DNA of 64,000 nt from Eledone cirrhosa (taxonomy: Eukaryota): positions 405,790,001 through 405,854,000 of the forward strand of contig OZ024741.1 of the NCBI GenBank assembly GCA_964016885.1, given 5' to 3'. Positions 58,801 to 64,000 of this stretch are shown here, in pieces. Position numbers and translations under genes: made by a program. The number at the start of each line of letters is the position of its first letter. Position 1 is the stretch's first letter. Under the pieces are notes generated by a model. It was not told the origin of the DNA. It made no database searches and saw only the letters and a list, made by a program, of their open reading frames with translations.

Positions 58801-60986
58801 ATTTAGGTTCATACTGCCTGGTTTATTTCAGGTTATTGAGATTAGAAGAATTGTAGACTAGCTGAAAGTATTTAGGTTCATACTGCCTGGTCCATTTCAG
58901 GTTATTGAGATTGGAAGAATTGTAGACTAGCTGAAAGTGTTTAAGTTCATACTTCCTGGTTTATTTCAGGTTATTGAGATTGGAAGAATTGTAGACTAGC
59001 TGAAAGTATTTAGGTTCATACTGCCTGGTTTATTTCAAGTTATTGAGACTGGAAGAATCGTAGACGAGCTGAAAGTATTTAGGTTCATACTGCCTGGTTT
59101 ATTTCAGGTTATTGAGATTAGGGAGAATTGTAGACTAGCTGAAAGTATTTAGGTTCATACTGCCTGGTTTATTTCAGGTTATTGAGATTGGAAGAATCGT
59201 AGACGAGCTGAAAGTATTTAAGTTCATACTGCCTGGTTTATTTCAGGTTATTGAGATTTGAAGAATTGTAGACTAGCTGAAAGTATTTAGGTTCATACTG
59301 CCTGGTCTATTTCAGGTTATTGAGATTAGGGAGAACTGTAGACTAGCTGAAAGTATTTAGTTTCATACTGCCTGGTCTATTTCAGGTTATTGAGATAAGG
59401 GAGAACTGTAGACTAGCTGAAATTATTTATGTTCATACTTCCTGGTCTATTTCAGTTTATTGAGATTAGGGCGAACTGTAGACTAGCTGAAAGTATTTAG
59501 GTTCATACTGCCTGGTCTATTTCAGGTTATTGAGATTAGGGAGAATTGTAGACTAGCTGAAAGTATTTAGGTTCATACTGCCTGGTTTATTTCAGGTTAT
59601 TGAGATTAGGGAGAATTGTAGGCTAGCTGAAAGTATTTAGGTTCATACTGCCTGGTTTATTTCAGGTTATTGAGATTAGGAAGAATTGTAGACTAGCTGA
59701 ATATATTTAGGTTCATACTGCCTGGTTTATTTCAGGTTATTGAGATTAGGAAGAATTGTAGACTAGCTGAAAATATTTAGGTTCATACTGCCTGGTTTAT
59801 TTCAGGTTATTGAGATTAGGAAGAATTGTAGACTAGCTGAAAGTATATAGGTTCATACTGCCTGGTTTATTTCAGGTCATTGAGATTGGGAGAATTGTAG
59901 ACTAGCTGAAAGTATTTAGTTTCATACTATCTGGTTTATTTCAGGTTATTGAGATTAGGGAGAAGTGTAGACTAGCTGAAAATATTTAAGTTCATACTGC
60001 CTGGTCTATTTCAAGTTATGGAGATTGGAAGAATTGTAGACTAGCTGAAAGTATTTAGGTTCATACTGCCTGGTCTATTTCAGGTTATTGAGATTAGGAA
60101 CAATTGTAGTCTAGCTGAAAATATTTAGGTTCATACTGCCTGGTTTATTTCAGGTTATTGAGATTAGAAGAATTGTAGATTAGCTAATAATATTTAGGTT
60201 TATACTGCCTGGTCCGTTTCAGGTTATTGAGATTATGGAGAATTGTAGACTAGCTGAAAGTATTTAGGTTCATACTGCCTGGTTTATTTCAGGTTATTGA
60301 GATTGGGAGAATTGTAGATTAGCTGGAAGTATTTAGGTTCATACTGCCTGGTTTATTTCAGGTTATTGAGATTGGAAGATTTGTAGACTAGCTGGAAGTA
60401 TTTAGGTTCATACTGCCTGGTCTATTTCAGGTTCTTGAGATTGCAAGAATTGTAGACTAGGTGAAAGTATTTAGGTTCATACTGCCTGGTTTATTTCAGG
60501 TTATTGAGATTAGGGAGAATTGTAGACTAGCTGAAAGTATTTAGGTTCATTCTGTCTGGTTTATTTCATGTTATTGAGATTATAATAATTGTAGACTAGC
60601 TGAAAGTATTTAGGTTCATACTGCCTGGTTTATTTCAGGTTATTGAGATTAGAAGAATTGTAGACTAGCTGAAAGTATTTAGCTTCATACTGTCTGGTTT
60701 ATTTCAGGTTATTGAGATTAGGGAGAAGTGTAGACTAGCTGAAAATATTTAAGTTCATACTGCCTGGTCTATTTCAAGTTATGGAGATTGGAAGAATTGT
60801 AGACTAGCTGAAAATATTTAACTTCATACTATCTGGTCTATTTCAAGTTATGGAGATTGGAAGAATTGTAGACTAGCTGAAAGTATATAGGTTCATACTG
60901 CCTGGTTTATTTCAGGTTATTGAGACTGGGAGAATTGTAGACTAGCTGAAAGTATTTAGGTTCATACTGCCTGGTTTATTTCAGGT
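49822..60986. repeat. Near-perfect 5,553-bp (~80-monomer) tandem block duplication inside the satellite
   Basis: Variants recur at an offset of exactly 5553: GCACG 50118/55671 and GACACTGG 51691/57244. The identical spurious ORFs start at 51113/56666. TGGGTGGTCT, AGGTGTATAC, TTAGTGTGAATAGG and GGTTCTTGAGATTGCAAG are also shared by both copies. Confidence 0.93.
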
Positions 60987-61286
60987 CATTGAGATTGGGA
61001 GAAGTGTAGACTAGCTGAAAGTATATAGGTTCATACTGCCTGGTTTATTTCAGGTTATTGAGACTGGGAGAAGTGTAGACTAGCTGAAAGTATATAGGTT
61101 CATACTGCCTGGTTTATTTCAGGTTATTGAGATTAGGAAGAATTGTAGACTAGCTGAAAGTATATAGGTTCATACTGCCTGGTTTATTTCAGGTTATTGA
61201 GATTAGGAAGAATTGTAGACTAATGCTGCTAGGGGTGGTGGGTGAGTTGAGGTGTGGTCGAGTTCCGACACAGAAGACTCAAGTCT

Positions 61287-61583
61287 ATTGGTCACCTATC
61301 AGACTGGTCATATAGTAGTGACTATTGTAAAACGGGTGCATTTGTCACCTATCTTACTGGTCATTCAGTGGTAACTGCTGTTAAAGGGGTGCGTTGGTCA
61401 CCTATCAGACTGGTCATTTTGTGGAGACTGTTGTAAAGGGGGGGGGGCAGACTGGTCATTCAGCAGTGACTGTTGTTAAAGGGGTGCATTGGTCACCTAT
61501 TAGACTGATCATTTTGTGGAGACTGTTGTAAAGGGGGGCATTGGTCACCTATCAGTGGAGACAGTTGTTAAAGGGGGAGGGGG
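61287..61583. repeat. Degenerate ~53-bp minisatellite, about 6 copies (two internally deleted)
   Basis: Approximate unit ATTGGTCACCTATCAGACTGGTCATTCAGTGGTGACTGTTGTTAAAGGGGTGC. GTCACCT occurs at 61291, 61344, 61397, 61492 and 61544. The units end in G-runs. Confidence 0.9.
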
Positions 61584-61756
61584 AATACGTATAAAACTAT
61601 GAAAATATCGTCTGGCCAAGACTAGGAGAAGAAAGAAACAAAAATATTAGTAAAATAATAATTATAAAGAGAAGACTATAGGAGTTAAAAAAAGGCAGTT
61701 TAAGGTTGGATTTACAAAATATATTCTTGTGTATATATGTGTTTATCTGTTTAGGC

Positions 61757-62936
61757 TAAGCTTGGTGTGGTTTGTCTCTAGTACATCCCACGGTCTGTTG
61801 TATTAGAGTGAGGTCACCCCGGGGTTGGAGTTAAGCTTGGTGTAGTTCGTCTCTACTACATCTCACGGTCTGTTGTATTAAAGTGAGGTCCCCGGGGTCG
61901 GAGTTAAGCTTGGTGTGGTTTGTCTCTAGTACATCCCACGGTCTGTTGTATTAGAGTGAGGTCACCCCGGGGTTGGAGTTAAGCTTGGTGTAGTTCGTCT
62001 CTACTACATCTCACGGTCTGTTGTATTAAAGTGAGGTCCCCGGGGTCGGAGTTAAGCTTGGTGTGGTTTGTCTCTAGTACATCCCACGGTCTGTTGTATT
62101 AGAGTGAGGTCACCCCGGGGTTGGAGTTAAGCTTGGTGTAGTTCGTCTCTACTACATCTCACGGTCTGTTGTATTAAAGTGAGGTCCCCGGGGTCGGAGT
62201 TAAGCTTGGTGTGGTTTGTCTCTAGTACATCCCACGGTCTGTTGTATTAGAGTGAGGTCACCCCGGGTTGGAGTTAAGCTTGGTGTAGTTCGTCTCTACT
62301 ACATCTCACGGTCTGTTGTATTAAAGTGAGGTCCCCGGGGTCGGAGTTAAGCTTGGTGTGGTTTGTCTCTAGTACATCCCACGGTCTGTTGTATTAGAGT
62401 GAGGTCACCCCGGGGTTGGAGTTAAGCTTGGTGTAGTTCGTCTCTACTACATCTCACGGTCTGTTGTATTAAAGTGAGGTCCCCGGGGTCGGAGTTAAGC
62501 TTGGTGTGGTTTGTCTCTAGTACATCCCACGGTCTGTTGTATTAGAGTGAGGTCACCCCGGGGTTGGAGTTAAGCTTGGTGTAGTTCGTCTCTACTACAT
62601 CTCACGGTCTGTTGTATTAAAGTGAGGTCCCCGGGGTCGGAGTTAAGCTTGGTGTGGTTTGTCTCTAGTACATCCCACGGTCTGTTGTATTAGAGTGAGG
62701 TCACCCCGGGGTTGGAGTTAAGCTTGGTGTAGTTCGTCTCTACTACATCTCACGGTCTGTTGTATTAAAGTGAGGTCCCCGGGGTCGGAGTTAAGCTTGG
62801 TGTGGTTTGTCTCTAGTACATCCCACGGTCTGTTGTATTAGAGTGAGGTCACCCCGGGGTTGGAGTTAAGCTTGGTGTAGTTCGTCTCTACTACATCCCA
62901 CGGTCTGTTGTATTAAAGTGAGGTCCCCAGGTCGGA
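61757..62936. repeat. Tandem repeat of a 148-bp dimer (75-bp A + 73-bp B subunits), 8 dimers
   Basis: TAAGCTTGGTG opens A units at 61757, 61905, 62053, 62201, 62348, 62496, 62644 and 62792; B units alternate (61832 ... 62867). A and B differ by 6 substitutions plus a 2-nt indel. Every subunit has AAGCTT (HindIII). All but the last have CCCGGG. Confidence 0.97.
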
Positions 62937-62987
62937 TTTTCCTTTTTCAATTCCTATCCTCTTTGCTCTATCTTCCATGATAAGTTT

Positions 62988-63028
62988 CTGTTCTACGTAA
63001 CCCTGTAACCTGTTCTATGTAACCCTGT
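62988..63028 (+). repeat. Short direct repeat, 19-bp arms, period 22
   Basis: CTGTTCTACGTAACCCTGT (62988-63006) versus CTGTTCTATGTAACCCTGT (63010-63028), one mismatch. Confidence 0.85.
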
Positions 63029-63166
63029 TATTAAACCGGTGAAGGAACTAAATAAATACTTTTAAAAAGACTCCAGTTGCATTTTCGATTTCATCTTTTT
63101 GCCTTCTATTTTCACTCATGTAGGACATCTCGTTTTTTTTTCATTTTGTAAAAAAACCCTCATTTT

Positions 63167-63170
<4 letters not shown>

Positions 63171-63224
<54 letters not shown>
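63171..63224. repeat. (TA)27 microsatellite
   Basis: Read directly from the sequence. Confidence 0.98.
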
Positions 63225-63228
<4 letters not shown>

Positions 63229-63286
63229 TAAATTAGCGAGAATCGTATTTCGGCTTAGGAATTAACGAAAAACAACTTCCGAGATG

Positions 63287-63302
63287 TATATATATATATA
63301 TA
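63287..63302. repeat. (TA)8 microsatellite abutting the left inverted-repeat arm
   Basis: Read directly from the sequence. Confidence 0.95.
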
Positions 63303-63326
63303 CAATATATTAATAAATGAAAACTA

Positions 63327-63429
63327 TATTTATAAAACCATATTTATTTTATTATACATATTTCAAGGGCAACCAAGGCAAATTATGGTGCGCTTTCATC
63401 AGATAAAATACAGATTTGTTTTATAAATA
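63327..63429 (-). ncRNA. Type I hammerhead ribozyme motif, minus-strand copy
   Basis: Reverse-complement twin of the plus-strand motif. TCATCAG at 63396-63402 reads CTGATGA on the minus strand. It differs at one position, the unpaired stem II base (AAGCGCACC). Predicted cleavage is between 63353 and 63352. Confidence 0.82.
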
Positions 63430-63620
63430 AATATTGACATACCCGGAAAAAAAGAGAACCTTAACGGTTGGAGCTTCCTGGATAGTGGAGATTATATTTT
63501 ATTGAGGGTAATACAAAGTTATGAGTGAGTATGAAAATGAGTGTCCGAAAGTTGAAAAGATAACGGTTTATTTAAATTAAACTGTTGGAAGAAGGTGATA
63601 TGTAAGGGTATGTCAATATT

Positions 63621-63723
63621 TATTTATAAAACAAATCTGTATTTTATCTGATGAAAGTGCACCATAATTTGCCTTGGTTGCCCTTGAAATATGTATAATA
63701 AAATAAATATGGTTTTATAAATA
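63621..63723 (+). ncRNA. Type I hammerhead ribozyme motif, plus-strand copy (Penelope-like architecture)
   Basis: Core CTGATGA 63648-63654 and GAAA 63686-63689. Stem II: AAGTGCACCA (63655-63664) pairs with TGGTTGCCCTT (63675-63685), with 1 mismatch and 1 bulge. Minimal stem III TATGTA 63690-63695. Cleavage triplet ATA 63695-63697. Stem I: TATTTTAT (63640-63647) with ATAAAATA (63698-63705), extended past an internal loop by TATTTATAAAAC (63621-63632) with GTTTTATAAATA (63712-63723). Confidence 0.82.
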
Positions 63724-63839
63724 TAGTTTCCATTTATTAATATATTGTATATTTACTCCACTAATTTGTTGAATGCTTTATATCAGTTATAAACATTTTT
63801 AAGCTTGTTGAATCCCAACAAATTAAATATAACCTCTGC

Positions 63840-63842
<3 letters not shown>

Positions 63843-63877
<35 letters not shown>

Positions 63878-63888
63878 GTGTGTGTGTG
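63843..63888. repeat. (TA)17 followed by a short (TG)5 microsatellite
   Basis: Read directly from the sequence. Confidence 0.95.
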
Positions 63889-64000
63889 TATGTAAATAGA
63901 ATTCTCTCAAACGGTACAATTTCAGGGAAATATGATGAACTTAAGTTTTCCATAAACAAATGTCTCTGTTCTCCAATGTATTATTTGTACATAAATAAAT

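Larger units (their letters stand above)
1..61222. repeat. Satellite DNA array, 69/70-bp monomer, ~880 head-to-tail copies (starts before the window)
   Basis: Consensus GTATTTAGGTTCATACTGCCTGGT(T/C)TATTTCAGGTTATTGAGATT(A)GG(G/A)AGAATTGTAGACTAGCTGAAA. AGGTTCATAC recurs at 11, 81, 151 and onward (period 70). The 69-bp variants lack one base in GATTAGGG. I saw no inversion or foreign insertion. The array ends at ...GTAGACTA (61222). Copy number is estimated as length divided by ~69.6. Confidence 0.99.
63298..63752. repeat. Long inverted repeat: 147-bp arms (63298-63444 and 63606-63752) around a 161-bp spacer
   Basis: The arms are reverse complements with no indels (paired coordinates sum to 127050). 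I found only 2 mismatches: AAATGAAAAC vs AAATGGAAAC, and GGTGCGCTT vs GGTGCACTT. Confidence 0.97.
63303..63839 (+). mobile_element. Probable 5'-truncated Penelope-like retroelement, or non-autonomous derivative, with an inverted pseudo-LTR
   Basis: Hammerhead-bearing repeat present in inverted orientation. The right copy is followed by ~87 bp not mirrored on the left. The element is bounded by direct ATG(TA)n at 63284 and 63840, a candidate target-site duplication. No RT or GIY-YIG ORF is present, so the family assignment is an inference from the hammerhead type and the arrangement. Confidence 0.6.

Noticed and set aside
1-61222. CRISPR array interpretation
   Set aside because: There are no unique spacers. 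The whole 69/70-bp unit repeats, and no cas genes are present.
1-61222. Satellite monomer as a hammerhead ribozyme, as in newt, schistosome or cricket satellites
   Set aside because: The monomer has CTGAAAG (plus) and CTGAAAT (minus) but no CTGANGA core on either strand.
1-61222. True telomeric tract
   Set aside because: TTAGG/TTAGGG motifs are isolated within a 70-bp unit, not tandem. The G-rich strand points toward non-satellite flank rather than a visible chromosome end.
61254-61436. 60-aa ORF
   Set aside because: It overlaps the 53-bp minisatellite, whose unit is not a multiple of 3. GTG start and no recognisable motif.
63225-63283. Segment between TA runs with CCGAAATACG on the minus strand, a possible third hammerhead
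   Set aside because: There is no CTGANGA box or supporting stems.
63762-63825. Small inverted repeat TAATTTGTTG/CAACAAATTA
   Set aside because: It is only 10 bp in AT-rich sequence. It may be part of the element's 3' tail but cannot be supported as an independent feature.

Overview
Eukaryotic (probably metazoan) repetitive DNA with no credible protein-coding gene. Bases 1 to ~61,222 are one uninterrupted head-to-tail satellite array of a 69/70-bp monomer (roughly 880 copies). It has a visible higher-order architecture: recurring cassettes of variant monomers, a loose ~5.5-6.8 kb cycle, and nested recent block duplications, including a near-perfect 5,553-bp tandem duplication at the right edge. 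The last ~2.8 kb holds a degenerate ~53-bp minisatellite, a very homogeneous 148-bp (75+73) dimeric tandem repeat, and (TA)n microsatellites. It also holds a 147-bp inverted repeat, each arm of which folds into a complete type I hammerhead ribozyme motif (CUGAUGA...GAAA...AUA cleavage triplet, extended stem I, minimal self-complementary stem III). The element sits between TA runs. It most resembles a 5'-truncated Penelope-like element with an inverted pseudo-LTR, or a non-autonomous hammerhead-bearing derivative. All four supplied ORFs look like artefacts of the repeats. All alignments and folds were done by eye.
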